Below are positions 53,859 through 63,420 of a DNA stretch of 64,000 bases, one piece after another. Position 1 is the first letter of the stretch; each line of letters starts with the position of its first letter. The stretch is from an uncultured Peptococcaceae bacterium (GTDB taxonomy: Bacteria; Bacillota; Peptococcia; Peptococcales; Peptococcaceae), in NCBI GenBank assembly GCA_937976375.1, contig CALJRU010000030.1, positions 94,467 through 158,466 of the forward strand. The letters run 5' to 3'. The notes under the pieces were generated by a model, which was not told the DNA's origin, made no database searches, and saw only the letters and a program-made list of their open reading frames with translations. The translations under genes and the position numbers were made by a program.

Positions 53859-54683
53859 ATGATCAGTTTACTGGCAAATTCCCCTTGGTCCATTTTTTTG
53901 ATCAATATTTTGGATATTGCCATCATTGCCTTTGCAGTGTATAAGATTCTTGAAATCATGCAAGGCACACGTGCCATGCCGCTTGCCAAAGGCATCGGAA
54001 TCTTACTGCTGTTTTCTGTGTTAAGCGATGTGTTGGGTTTGTCCACCGTCAATTGGGTCTTGGTTCAGCTGCAGACGATGTTCATTGTGGCCATTCCGGT
54101 TATTTTTGCGCCAGAATTGCGTCGTGCATTGGAACAGCTGGGAACTGGCACGTTTCTTGTGCGTAATCGCCACTTGACAGACAACGAGATCGTCGCTTAT
54201 CAGGTACAGGAAATCATGGGCTGCATGACGGCAGCAAGTGCTTCCAGAACTGGGATTCTTATTGCGATTACTCGGGAAAATGGATTGAAAGAATACATTG
54301 ACACAGGCATTGCCATCAATGGACGCCTATCAACGCCGCTGCTGCGCAATATTTTTATTGTCAACACCCCGCTGCACGATGGTGCGGTCATTGTTACAGG
54401 TAATGAGATCATGGCTGCCAGCTGTTTTTTACCGCTGTCTGAGAACAAGAATATTTCCATGAAACTTGGTACGCGCCACCGCGCTGCCATTGGCCTTTCT
54501 GAAGTCAGTGATGCGGTGGTGGCTGTGGTGTCGGAAGAAACAGGAGCCATGAGTATCGCTGAACGCGGCAAGCTGCGCTATAATCTCGATGAAAAAGCGC
54601 TTGCCGCAGAAATGACGGCCTTGCTGCAGGTGCCGGAAGCGCCATCGTTTATCAGTCGCCTAAAGAAGGTGTTTCATAAATGA
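53859..54683 (+). CDS. cdaA: Diadenylate cyclase CdaA (DacA)
   Basis: Three N-terminal TMs. DAC motifs HDGAVIV and TRHRAAIG. 274 aa. Confidence 0.85.
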   Translation: MISLLANSPWSIFLINILDIAIIAFAVYKILEIMQGTRAMPLAKGIGILLLFSVLSDVLGLSTVNWVLVQLQTMFIVAIPVIFAPELRRALEQLGTGTFLVRNRHLTDNEIVAYQVQEIMGCMTAASASRTGILIAITRENGLKEYIDTGIAINGRLSTPLLRNIFIVNTPLHDGAVIVTGNEIMAASCFLPLSENKNISMKLGTRHRAAIGLSEVSDAVVAVVSEETGAMSIAERGKLRYNLDEKALAAEMTALLQVPEAPSFISRLKKVFHK

Positions 54684-55879
54684 AGATGACGGAAAAAAAT
54701 AAAGCCTTAACATTGGTGGCACTTTTAATCGCAATTGTCCTGTGGCTCTATGTGGGGACCCAGGAAGACCCGATTGCGCAGCATACCTATGAAGTGACCG
54801 TAGAGGTTCAAAATCTGCCAGTTGATAAAACCGCTGCGTTAGGTCAGGAAACGGTGCAGGTGCGTGTCATGGGGCGCCAAGATCGGTTGAATGCACTCAG
54901 CGGCAGTGACTTTAAGGCATATGTTGATCTTTCGGATGCGGCGAAGGGCGAATCTGAAGTGCCTGTAAAGGTGCAGCTGCCAAGTGAAGTGTATTTTGCA
55001 CGTGTTGAGCCTCAGTCGGTGGATGTATTGGTCAGTGACCGTGATGGCAGCAACATGGATGTTGACATTGTGACCACTGGAACGCTGCCGGATGGCATCA
55101 CCATTGAAGACATGTCGGTATCGCCAAAGAGCGTATTTGTAACAGGTGACCAGGATGATCTGGATCGTGTCGATAAAGTTGGTGTGGCGGTTGACCTCAG
55201 CAATGTCTTCGATGACAGTAAGATAGAAGCGGAAGTTGAATTTTATGATGTCAGCGGCAATATTATTGAAGATGCCGATCTGGAAGCACTGCCAGGCACG
55301 GTGACCTTAACGACAAAAGTTTCAAAGAGCAATATTGAAAAAAGTGTGCCAATCCAGGCCAACCTTGTTGGTCAGTTGCCGAGTGGCGTGCAAATGGACA
55401 GTATAGATATTTATCCAGAAACAGCAACAGTTTCTGGCGCACCAGAAGAATTGGCGAAGGTGGACTCTGTTGCAACTGAAGCGATAGATATTTCAAAGAT
55501 CACAGAGACCACACAGCTGACAGTTAAATTGGCTGGTGATACGGTGAGCGATCCAAAGAGTGTGACAGTAACGCTTAATGTATCGTCGACCGAGGACACT
55601 GAAAGCAGTGGTCAAAGTTATATTAAAGTGGTACCAGTGTCTTTATCAGGAGCTGGTGCGAACAATGTTAGCGTTGATACTCAGATGGTTGAGATCAGCT
55701 ATCATATGGAAAATGGTTATGCAGATGCTGGTTCATCGCTGAATGCCTATGTAAATATACCTGATACATTGAGCGCAGCGACAACGGTGCAGGTACAAGT
55801 GTCCAATGTTGATGGCTTGGTTGTTGATTCGATTACGCCAAGTACAGTGACAGTGTACCCGAATAATGTGTACGAATAA
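54680..55879 (+). CDS. cdaR: CdaA regulatory protein CdaR (YbbR-domain protein)
   Basis: N-terminal TM and repeated YbbR-like beta domains. Overlaps the cdaA stop. Confidence 0.75.
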   Translation: MKMTEKNKALTLVALLIAIVLWLYVGTQEDPIAQHTYEVTVEVQNLPVDKTAALGQETVQVRVMGRQDRLNALSGSDFKAYVDLSDAAKGESEVPVKVQLPSEVYFARVEPQSVDVLVSDRDGSNMDVDIVTTGTLPDGITIEDMSVSPKSVFVTGDQDDLDRVDKVGVAVDLSNVFDDSKIEAEVEFYDVSGNIIEDADLEALPGTVTLTTKVSKSNIEKSVPIQANLVGQLPSGVQMDSIDIYPETATVSGAPEELAKVDSVATEAIDISKITETTQLTVKLAGDTVSDPKSVTVTLNVSSTEDTESSGQSYIKVVPVSLSGAGANNVSVDTQMVEISYHMENGYADAGSSLNAYVNIPDTLSAATTVQVQVSNVDGLVVDSITPSTVTVYPNNVYE

Positions 55880-55892
55880 TAAGGAGACGAAT

Positions 55893-57242
55893 ATGGCTAA
55901 ATTATTTGGAACAGACGGTGTACGCGGCAAAGCAGGCAGCGTATTGACCGCAGAATTGGCAATGAAATTGGGACAGGCGGCGGGTCATGTCTTTTTGGAA
56001 GAAAATGGTGGGAAAACAGGCGTGGTTATCGTTGGCCGTGACACGCGTATTTCCGGGCAAATGCTGGAATGTGCACTGACCGCTGGCTTGACGTCTGTAG
56101 GCATTCAGGTCATCAGTGCGGGTGTCGTGCCAACTCCTGCGGTAGCTTTTTTGGTGCGAAAGTTCAAAGCGCTGGCTGGTGCTGTGATTTCAGCCAGTCA
56201 CAATCCGTTTGAAGACAATGGCATTAAATTCTTTAGCGCCAGTGGCACCAAGCTGCGTGATGATCAGGAAGAAACCATTGAAGCTGTTTTGCAGGGGCAA
56301 GTGGCTGTTCAGCCGGCTGAAGGCAAGGCCATTGGCCGTTATGCCCAGGTGGATGAAGCCATCGAAGTGTATAAAGATTATCTGGATGAGCTGATGAGCG
56401 TCAATGGCCGTGATTATCGCTTGGTGGTTGACTGTGCCAATGGTGCAGCCAGCCAGTTGGCGCAGGAAGTGTTTGAACGGGCCAATCTCAATGTGATTAT
56501 GATGGGCGATCGTCCAAATGGCACCAACATCAATGTGAACTGCGGCTCGACACATTTGGAACAACTGCAAAAACGTGTGCTTGCAGAAGGCGCAGATGCT
56601 GGCCTGGCGTTTGACGGTGATGCCGATCGTTTTCTTGCTGTTGATGAGAAAGGCAACGTCGTCGATGGTGACCGCCTGATGGCTATTTATGCTTTGGCCA
56701 TGAAAGAAGAACATCGCCTTGCCAACAATCAGCTGGTTGTCACAGTCATGAGCAATCTGGGGCTGAAGCTTGCCATGCGAGAGGCCGGCATCGAACTGGT
56801 CGAAACGCAGGTGGGGGACCGCTATGTGAACGAAGGCATGAAGAAAAGTGGTGCGGTACTCGGCGGTGAACAGTCCGGCCACATCATTTTCCGAGAATAC
56901 AACAGTACAGGTGATGGGATGATCAGCGCCATCATGCTGTTAAATATTATGAATCACAAGCGCGTGCCATTGAGTGTGCTTGCTGATGCTGCGATGACGA
57001 GTCTGCCACAAGTGCTGGTCAATGTGCCGGTAACAAAGAAAGAGGGCTGGAAAGACATTCCTGCCATTCAGGACGCCATTGCCAAAGCGGAAGCCGAGCT
57101 TGGTGAAACAGGGCGTGTGCTGGTGCGTGCATCTGGCACCGAGAATCTCCTGCGCGTCATGGTAGAAGGCAAGGATCAAAAAGAGATTGAAACCATGGCC
57201 AATGCCATTGCCGATGTGGTTCGGGAAGCGATTGGCGCATAA
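55893..57242 (+). CDS. glmM: Phosphoglucosamine mutase
   Basis: MAKLFGTDGVRGKAG...SASHNP active-site serine loop. The ATG follows AAGGAGA. Confidence 0.9.
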   Translation: MAKLFGTDGVRGKAGSVLTAELAMKLGQAAGHVFLEENGGKTGVVIVGRDTRISGQMLECALTAGLTSVGIQVISAGVVPTPAVAFLVRKFKALAGAVISASHNPFEDNGIKFFSASGTKLRDDQEETIEAVLQGQVAVQPAEGKAIGRYAQVDEAIEVYKDYLDELMSVNGRDYRLVVDCANGAASQLAQEVFERANLNVIMMGDRPNGTNINVNCGSTHLEQLQKRVLAEGADAGLAFDGDADRFLAVDEKGNVVDGDRLMAIYALAMKEEHRLANNQLVVTVMSNLGLKLAMREAGIELVETQVGDRYVNEGMKKSGAVLGGEQSGHIIFREYNSTGDGMISAIMLLNIMNHKRVPLSVLADAAMTSLPQVLVNVPVTKKEGWKDIPAIQDAIAKAEAELGETGRVLVRASGTENLLRVMVEGKDQKEIETMANAIADVVREAIGA

Positions 57243-57616
57243 TGGGCATTCTGGGGATTGGCGTCGACGTCGTAGCGTTGGATCGTATTGAAGTTTTGTG
57301 CGCGCGTCGGCCAAAACAGTTTGCAGAACGGATATTTACAGAAAAAGAACGAGAACATTTTTTGCCACAACCCGCCATTGCGCGCATTGCTGCACGCTTC
57401 GCTGTGAAAGAAGCGGTCAGTAAGGCGCTGGGAACTGGCATTGGAAAAATTGCCTGGCAGGATATTGAGACCGTCAACACAGCAAGCGGTCAGCCTCAGG
57501 TAAATTTATACGGACAGGCAGCGATTTTGGCTGCAGAAAAGGGCGTGAAGAACGTGCACTGCAGCATCAGCCATGAAAAGACTGTAGCTGTAGCGATGAT
57601 CATATTGGAGGGATAG
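57242..57616 (+). CDS. acpS: Holo-[acyl-carrier-protein] synthase
   Basis: MGILGIGVDVVALDRIE... 124 aa. Confidence 0.85.
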   Translation: MGILGIGVDVVALDRIEVLCARRPKQFAERIFTEKEREHFLPQPAIARIAARFAVKEAVSKALGTGIGKIAWQDIETVNTASGQPQVNLYGQAAILAAEKGVKNVHCSISHEKTVAVAMIILEG

Positions 57617-57619
57617 CAG

Positions 57620-59158
57620 ATGTATTTGGTGAGCAATGAAGAAATGCGGACACTTGATCGAACCGCCATCGAGGAGTGGAAGATCCCGTCTCTGGTGTTG
57701 ATGGAAAATGCAGGCATTGCCATTTTGCGTCAGTTGGAAAAGGATGTGCCGGATCTGCTGCATCAACGCATCACCATTCTCTGCGGATGCGGCAACAATG
57801 GCGGCGATGGTCTTGTTTTGGCACGACAATTGCATCTGGCTGGTGCAGAAAGTGTAACGGTGGCGATTGTCATTGAAGGGGAACGACGCTTTTCCGTCGA
57901 TCATCAAGCCAATCGCGATATTTTGGATCGCTTGCCAGTGAAGATCATTGAAGTAGACGGTGAATCAAAAGCCAACGTGCTCAAGGCGCAGCTTAATTTT
58001 ACCGATGTCGCTGTGGATTGTTTGTTTGGTACTGGCTTGTCTCGAGATCTGGGGCCATTGACTAGCAGCGTTGTTGATATTCTTAATGAGAAAAATGTGC
58101 TGCGTGTCGCTGTGGATATTCCTTCTGGGCTTGCGGGTGACAGCGGAAAGGTGTGTGGCAGAGCGGTTTGCGCAGACTATACCTACACCCTCGCTTGGCC
58201 GAAGCAAGGCCTCTTCGTAGGCGATGCTGCCGATTACATCGGTACTTTGCGGGTGCTGCCAATTGGCATTCCAGAAGAAGTGGCAGACGCTGCGGAAATT
58301 TCTGGAACACTGTTGGAAACGGATATGCTTCGCGAAAAATTGCCGAAACGTGCCATCAACAGCCACAAAAATAAATTTGGCCATGTCGGACTCATTGCCG
58401 GCAGTGTTGGCATGAGCGGTGCCTGTGTGCTGGCAGCAAGGTCAGCCATGCGCAGCGGCGCTGGCCTTGTAACGGCGATGATTGACAAAGGAATTTTTGC
58501 GCCAGCGGCTGCGGCAGCACCGGAAGTTATGATGAAACCGATTGCCTGGCCGAATACGGCAGCGCTTGATTGGCTGCTGTCTCATACCAATGTGCAGATC
58601 ATTGGCCCAGGCATGGGGAAGAGCGAAGAGAAAAAACAAACCATCTATTCGCTTTTGCGTCAGGCAGAAAGCACCATTGTCATTGATGCCGATGCCTTGA
58701 ACATGATCGGTGAAGGTGATGGCACCATTCTCAAAAACACGGCAGCAAAGTGTATTCTTACGCCGCATCCTGGCGAAATGGCACGCTTGCTGGGGCTCAC
58801 CAGTGCAGACATACAGGCTGACCGCATGCAGTATGCCCGCCGCGTGGCGGAGCGCTTTCACTGTATTGTTGTGCTCAAAGGCCACAACACCATCATTGCA
58901 GCGCCAGATGGCCGCTATGCCATCAATCCGCTTGACAGCGTAGCGTTGGCAACGGCGGGCAGCGGTGATGTGCTGACTGGTGTGATTGCTGCTTTTGCGG
59001 CGCAGGGTATGGAGGCTTACGATGCTGCTTGCATGGGTGTATTTGTCCATGGTTTGGCTGGTCGGCTTTTGGAAGAACAGCGTGGACCAATGGCCACCAT
59101 TGCGTCCGACATCATTGATGCTGTTGGTGAAGTGTTGCGGCAATATGCACAGCACTAA
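57620..59158 (+). CDS. nnr: Bifunctional NAD(P)H-hydrate repair enzyme Nnr (YjeF_N epimerase plus carbohydrate-kinase-like dehydratase)
   Basis: 512 aa. GCGNNGGDGLV (YjeF_N). GSGDVLTG (dehydratase domain). Confidence 0.8.
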   Translation: MYLVSNEEMRTLDRTAIEEWKIPSLVLMENAGIAILRQLEKDVPDLLHQRITILCGCGNNGGDGLVLARQLHLAGAESVTVAIVIEGERRFSVDHQANRDILDRLPVKIIEVDGESKANVLKAQLNFTDVAVDCLFGTGLSRDLGPLTSSVVDILNEKNVLRVAVDIPSGLAGDSGKVCGRAVCADYTYTLAWPKQGLFVGDAADYIGTLRVLPIGIPEEVADAAEISGTLLETDMLREKLPKRAINSHKNKFGHVGLIAGSVGMSGACVLAARSAMRSGAGLVTAMIDKGIFAPAAAAAPEVMMKPIAWPNTAALDWLLSHTNVQIIGPGMGKSEEKKQTIYSLLRQAESTIVIDADALNMIGEGDGTILKNTAAKCILTPHPGEMARLLGLTSADIQADRMQYARRVAERFHCIVVLKGHNTIIAAPDGRYAINPLDSVALATAGSGDVLTGVIAAFAAQGMEAYDAACMGVFVHGLAGRLLEEQRGPMATIASDIIDAVGEVLRQYAQH

Positions 59159-59547
59159 GCTTGTAACTTTTTTCGCGTGATTGTAACTTTTTGAGAGCGT
59201 GTAAAAAATACGTCAAGATATGTTTCTAATTTGTTGAAAATAAACGCCGCTTATCATTTTGATAAGTGATGTTTATTTTTTGTGCCGAAAAGGAAAAATG
59301 AAGGAATTCAGAATAAATATTTGAAAGAATAGATGAAAATTGTGATTTGTATTTTGTAAAATAAAAAAATACTTCATGAGATGTTTATTCACTGAGAAAA
59401 GAAGGATAAACGGCTGCGACTGGTGAAAACTTTACCTTGTGAAAAAAGTCTTTTATAATGATAAAAGATAATTTGAAAAAGACAGGATGTCTTTCCATTC
59501 AACAAAGAGGGATGAACGATGTCCCTAACGTTAAAGGAGTGTTTTCT

Positions 59548-60324
59548 TTGAATTCTCATATTCGTAAGTTTATTGCTGCAACTGCAATCGTTGCAGTTGG
59601 GTCCGTGGCTGTACCAATGACAGTATCTGCGCAGGATACTGCTTATGTAGGTTCTGCTGCTGCAAGCGTGAGTCAGTCTTCTTCTTACCTGCCGCTGCGC
59701 AGTGCATTGAATGCAGTGGGGGTGGATGTATGCTGGGAAAATACCTCTGCCGGCCAGAAGATTGCCCTGACCTATGGCGGCCAGACCGTGGAAGTGTCTG
59801 TTGACACTGTCAATGGTGTTTTGACCACAGCCAATGGTTCTTATGCTTACAATAATATTGGCGGCTCTCTGCACGCTGGTGTAGATTTTTATCAATCTCT
59901 GTTCTCTAACGCTACTGTCAGCGCCAATGGTTACGGCGGCATTTATGTGACTGCCAACGACGCCAGCCAGGCCATCACCCTTTCTGGGACAAGCAGCAGC
60001 AACAGTGGCAGCAGTGCAGGCGGCAACTATACTTACTATGAAAGTGGCCAGGCTACCTGGTATGGTTCCGGTGCTCAGGGCAATTACACTGCCAGCGGTG
60101 AAATTTTCAACATGTATGACTATACCGCAGCCCATAAATATCTGCCATTCGGCACTGTTGTTCGCGTAACCGACAACGACACCGGCCGCAGCGTTGTTGT
60201 TCGCATCAATGACCGTGGTCCATTCGGTGCTGGCCGCGTCATTGACTTGAGCTATCAGGCTGCTTCTGATCTTGGGATTGTTTCCAAGGGTGTTGCCAAC
60301 GTTACCTTGGAAGTGCTTTCCTAA
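59548..60324 (+). CDS. Secreted RlpA-like (DPBB) cell-wall protein with copper-amine-oxidase-N-like stalk domain
   Basis: TTG start after AAAGGAG. Signal peptide [25 protein letters not shown]-terminal ATWYGSG...NRGPF...RVIDLS DPBB motifs. Confidence 0.6.
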   Translation: MNSHIRKFIAATAIVAVGSVAVPMTVSAQDTAYVGSAAASVSQSSSYLPLRSALNAVGVDVCWENTSAGQKIALTYGGQTVEVSVDTVNGVLTTANGSYAYNNIGGSLHAGVDFYQSLFSNATVSANGYGGIYVTANDASQAITLSGTSSSNSGSSAGGNYTYYESGQATWYGSGAQGNYTASGEIFNMYDYTAAHKYLPFGTVVRVTDNDTGRSVVVRINDRGPFGAGRVIDLSYQAASDLGIVSKGVANVTLEVLS

Positions 60325-60343
60325 ATCCTATTTTTGGCATATC

Positions 60344-60376
60344 AGCTGCCCATCATTTGATGGGCAGTTTTTTTGT
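60344..60376 (+). terminator. Rho-independent terminator
   Basis: CTGCCCATCA-TTT-GATGGGCAG followed by TTTTTTTG. Confidence 0.75.
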
Positions 60377-60586
60377 TATTTTTTACAGAACCTTTTCTTG
60401 ACGGCGAGAGATTTACGCTTTACACTGAAGAGGTTGGAAAAATATAATTTAATGACAGATAACGAATGAAAAGGAAGTGAGTCAGATGGAACAAGGCCCC
60501 GAGCGATTGACGGAGAAGCAAAAAGATGATTTGGCTCACTATTTTTTTTTGACAAAATAAAATGGTGAGTCACAGGAGGGATAACT

Positions 60587-61543
60587 GTGAAGGCCATTTA
60601 CAAAACAACTGAAGAAACCGGGATCTTTGAGAAGATCGATACCTATTGCGACGGCAACTGGGTATGCCTGATCGCGCCAACAGCGGAGGAAGTGCAGGAA
60701 GTCAGTCAGCACTTCGAGATCGATCTGCAGGACATGGTGTCTGCACTCGACGAAGATGAACGTGCGCGTGTGGATTCTGACGACGACTACACCATGATCA
60801 TCATTGACGTGCCTTATAAGGATGAAGAAGACAGCAGAGAAAATCGTGAAAGCTACGGGACGGTTCCGCTGGCAATCATTCTTGGCGACACGGATAAACG
60901 CTACATCATCACCGTTTGCCTGCGCGAGCTGCAGCTGTTGGACGATTTCCGCGGAGGCAAGATCAAAAAATTCTTTACCTATAAGAAAACACGTTTCATT
61001 TTGCAGATCCTTTATCGCAATGCAACCTACTACCTGCATTATCTGCGCATGCTCGAGCGCTCCATTGGCGGTATTGAAGACGCTCTCCATAAATCGACGC
61101 GAAATGAGGAACTGTTCAAGCTGCTGGCGCTGGATAAATCGCTGGTCTACCTAAGCAACTCATTGCGCGCCAATGGCTTGGTGTTTGACCGCTTGATGCG
61201 GTTGGATGCTGTGAAGAAATATCCGGAAGACGAAGAGTTGCTTGAAGACGTTATCGTCGAGAACAAGCAGGCCATCGAAATGGCGAACGTGTACAGCAGC
61301 ATTTTGGATGTCACCATGGAAGCGTACAGCTCGGTCATCTCGAACAACCTCAACTCGGTCATGAAGGTGCTTACATCGGCAACCTTGATCATGACCATTC
61401 CGACGATGATTTTCAGTTTCTTCGGCATGAATGTGCCGCTGCCATGGGAACACAGTGCAGGTGGATTTTGGTACATTTGCCTGGTGTCTTTGATCGCCAC
61501 CGCGATAGTGGTATTTTTCATGTTTCGACGGAAAATGTTCTGA
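60587..61543 (+). CDS. corA: CorA-family magnesium transporter
   Basis: GMN motif (FFGMNVPLPW) before the last TM. 318 aa. Confidence 0.8.
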   Translation: MKAIYKTTEETGIFEKIDTYCDGNWVCLIAPTAEEVQEVSQHFEIDLQDMVSALDEDERARVDSDDDYTMIIIDVPYKDEEDSRENRESYGTVPLAIILGDTDKRYIITVCLRELQLLDDFRGGKIKKFFTYKKTRFILQILYRNATYYLHYLRMLERSIGGIEDALHKSTRNEELFKLLALDKSLVYLSNSLRANGLVFDRLMRLDAVKKYPEDEELLEDVIVENKQAIEMANVYSSILDVTMEAYSSVISNNLNSVMKVLTSATLIMTIPTMIFSFFGMNVPLPWEHSAGGFWYICLVSLIATAIVVFFMFRRKMF

Positions 61544-61545
61544 CG

Positions 61546-61588
61546 AAAAGGCCCCGATGCTCATCCGTGAGCATCGGGGCCTTTTGAT
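61546..61588. terminator. Bidirectional terminator
   Basis: AAAAGGCCCCGATGCTCA-TCCG-TGAGCATCGGGGCCTTTT. Confidence 0.8.
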
Positions 61589-62302
61589 TTATTTTATGGC
61601 ACCGGCAATATAATGGTTATAAGCAGACGTGGCAAGATTGGCGAGGGGTTCCGGCAGTTCGCCGACCGTGCATTGGGTGAAATCTTTGATGCGGGCGAAA
61701 AATTCACGCACCAACAGGTTTTTATCCGAGATTGCTGCTTGAGATGCAGGACAGCCATAGGCTTCTAAATTCAGATGTTCGGCAATATAGACGGCACGGT
61801 ATAAATGAAAGCGCTGGCTGACAAGGATGACACTGTGTGCATCGTATAGCGTGGCCAGATTGTTGACGCTGGCGTAGGTGTCAACACCATGGGTGTCTGT
61901 TGTGATGGCCAGGGAAGGTATGCCAGAATCGAGCAGATAGTTGCGCATGGCGGAGACTTCGCTTTGGGCTGCATCTTCACCGCCGCTTACAATGATGTGT
62001 TTTGAAGCGCCGTTTTCATAGAGCACAATGGCGGTGTCGAGCCGTTCTGCGAGCACTGGGCTGGGCGTGCCATCGGGCTCAATGCCAGCGCCAAGCACAA
62101 CGATGTAATCGGCATTGGTGCCAGCAAGTTCCCTTGGGTACCACATGTTGTTGGTCGTTGTGGCATACATAAAAAGGTTGATGGCGATGGCAGAAATCGG
62201 CACCAACAGAATGAGTGCAATGAGAAGCTTAATCAGCCGAACCACACCGCGGCCGCGGCGTTTTTTTCTATGGCTGGATGTTGCAGAGCGGTTTTGTGCC
62301 AT
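61589..62302 (-). CDS. DUF218/SanA-YdcF-like membrane-anchored protein
   Basis: N-terminal TM, then GAGIEPDGTPSPVLAERLDTAIVLYENG...IIVSGG motif of the DUF218 family. Confidence 0.6.
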   Translation of the reverse strand: MAQNRSATSSHRKKRRGRGVVRLIKLLIALILLVPISAIAINLFMYATTTNNMWYPRELAGTNADYIVVLGAGIEPDGTPSPVLAERLDTAIVLYENGASKHIIVSGGEDAAQSEVSAMRNYLLDSGIPSLAITTDTHGVDTYASVNNLATLYDAHSVILVSQRFHLYRAVYIAEHLNLEAYGCPASQAAISDKNLLVREFFARIKDFTQCTVGELPEPLANLATSAYNHYIAGAIK

Positions 62303-62494
62303 CGTTTGTCGTCCTTTCTATAAGTTGGTAAAATGTGCACCTAACATTATAATAGATGTATTCCATCTTGACCAGATAAGATTTGTTCTTTGTTTTATGA
62401 CAATCCCTGGCGGGGCGGGCGCTTGACAGGTACCAGCGGTTGTTTTAGAATAAGCGTACTTTTATGAATAGATTTTGGAAAGGAGTGACGACAT

Positions 62495-63166
62495 GTGCTG
62501 CGCACTGTGATTCGTTTTCTATGGCGTGCGTTCAAAATCGCCATTGTGCTTCTGATCATCGCGGCCGTGACGGCACTGGCTGTTCCGGTGTCGCTGGATG
62601 TGACAGGACGCAGCCAATATCCGTCGCTGCCGAACGGCTGTGAATCGGTGGCAGCCGCTGTGTCGCTGAATGCGCTTGGTGCGCCGATTGCGGCTGAAAC
62701 TTTTGCCAGCCAATATCTGCCGACAGCCGCCATTGGCAGCGGCGTCAGTCCAGCTGATGCTTACATTGGCGATCCGTTTGGTGACGGCTATTATTGCTAT
62801 CCCGAGGCGCTGACGGCGGGCATCAATGCTTTTTTGCAAACACAAAACACCAGCCTAGAGGCGAAAACCCATAAGCTGGTGTCTGTCAGCGAGATTGCGA
62901 TGCGGCTTCACTTGAGCAAAAAGCCGGTGATTGTCTGGGTAACGGTGGATGATGAGATGGCTGATCGTGACGATGCCGTTGTCTGGCAGGTGAACGGACG
63001 CTCCTATCATCCCTACAACAACCTGCACGCCGTTGTTATAGATGGCATCAGCGGCTTCAAAGTGCACCTCGTTGATTCCATCAACGGCGATCGCTGGATG
63101 CCGCTGACACAATTCATTCCTATATATTATTCGATGGGCCTGCGTGCCGTGTACTTCACGGATTGA
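62495..63166 (+). CDS. Peptidase C39-like domain protein (N-terminal TM anchor)
   Basis: 223 aa. N-C-x-S-V motif (PNGCESVAAAV) and a downstream His region, as in C39_2-type domains. Confidence 0.4.
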   Translation: MLRTVIRFLWRAFKIAIVLLIIAAVTALAVPVSLDVTGRSQYPSLPNGCESVAAAVSLNALGAPIAAETFASQYLPTAAIGSGVSPADAYIGDPFGDGYYCYPEALTAGINAFLQTQNTSLEAKTHKLVSVSEIAMRLHLSKKPVIVWVTVDDEMADRDDAVVWQVNGRSYHPYNNLHAVVIDGISGFKVHLVDSINGDRWMPLTQFIPIYYSMGLRAVYFTD

Positions 63167-63410
63167 CCCGCTTTTCATGCCGCACCATGATGGCTGCAAT
63201 GTCTTCGTCGCTGAGCGTTGTCAGCGCATGCAGCACTTCATAGGTGCGGTTTTCTAATGCGGCGAAATCATAGTCCCAGTTGCCGGTGGCAAAATTGTAT
63301 TTGTCGGTCTGGTCCATGCCGTTTTCTTTTTCGGCAAAGTCGTAGTCGGACCAGTCGTCGTACAAATCGATAAAGTGATAAGTTGTGTGGATTTTTGGTT
63401 TCTCTGCCAT
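63156..63410 (-). CDS. Small acidic hypothetical protein
   Basis: 84 aa from the ATG after GAGGTGA. Trp/Asp/Tyr-rich. Confidence 0.3.
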   Translation of the reverse strand: MAEKPKIHTTYHFIDLYDDWSDYDFAEKENGMDQTDKYNFATGNWDYDFAALENRTYEVLHALTTLSDEDIAAIMVRHEKRVNP

Positions 63411-63420
63411 TGGATTCACC

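Noticed and set aside
56190-56882. 230-aa minus-strand ORF inside glmM, and similar antisense ORFs inside nnr (58442..59155), the tape measure gene (8922..9497) and the capsid gene (1920..2471)
   Set aside because: All overlap strongly supported genes on the opposite strand and lack start context.
59400-59547. Possible riboswitch (for example c-di-AMP ydaO-type) in the leader of the RlpA-like cell-wall gene
   Set aside because: The leader is only ~70 nt after the predicted promoter. None of the conserved ydaO or other riboswitch core sequences were recognised. No convincing structure.
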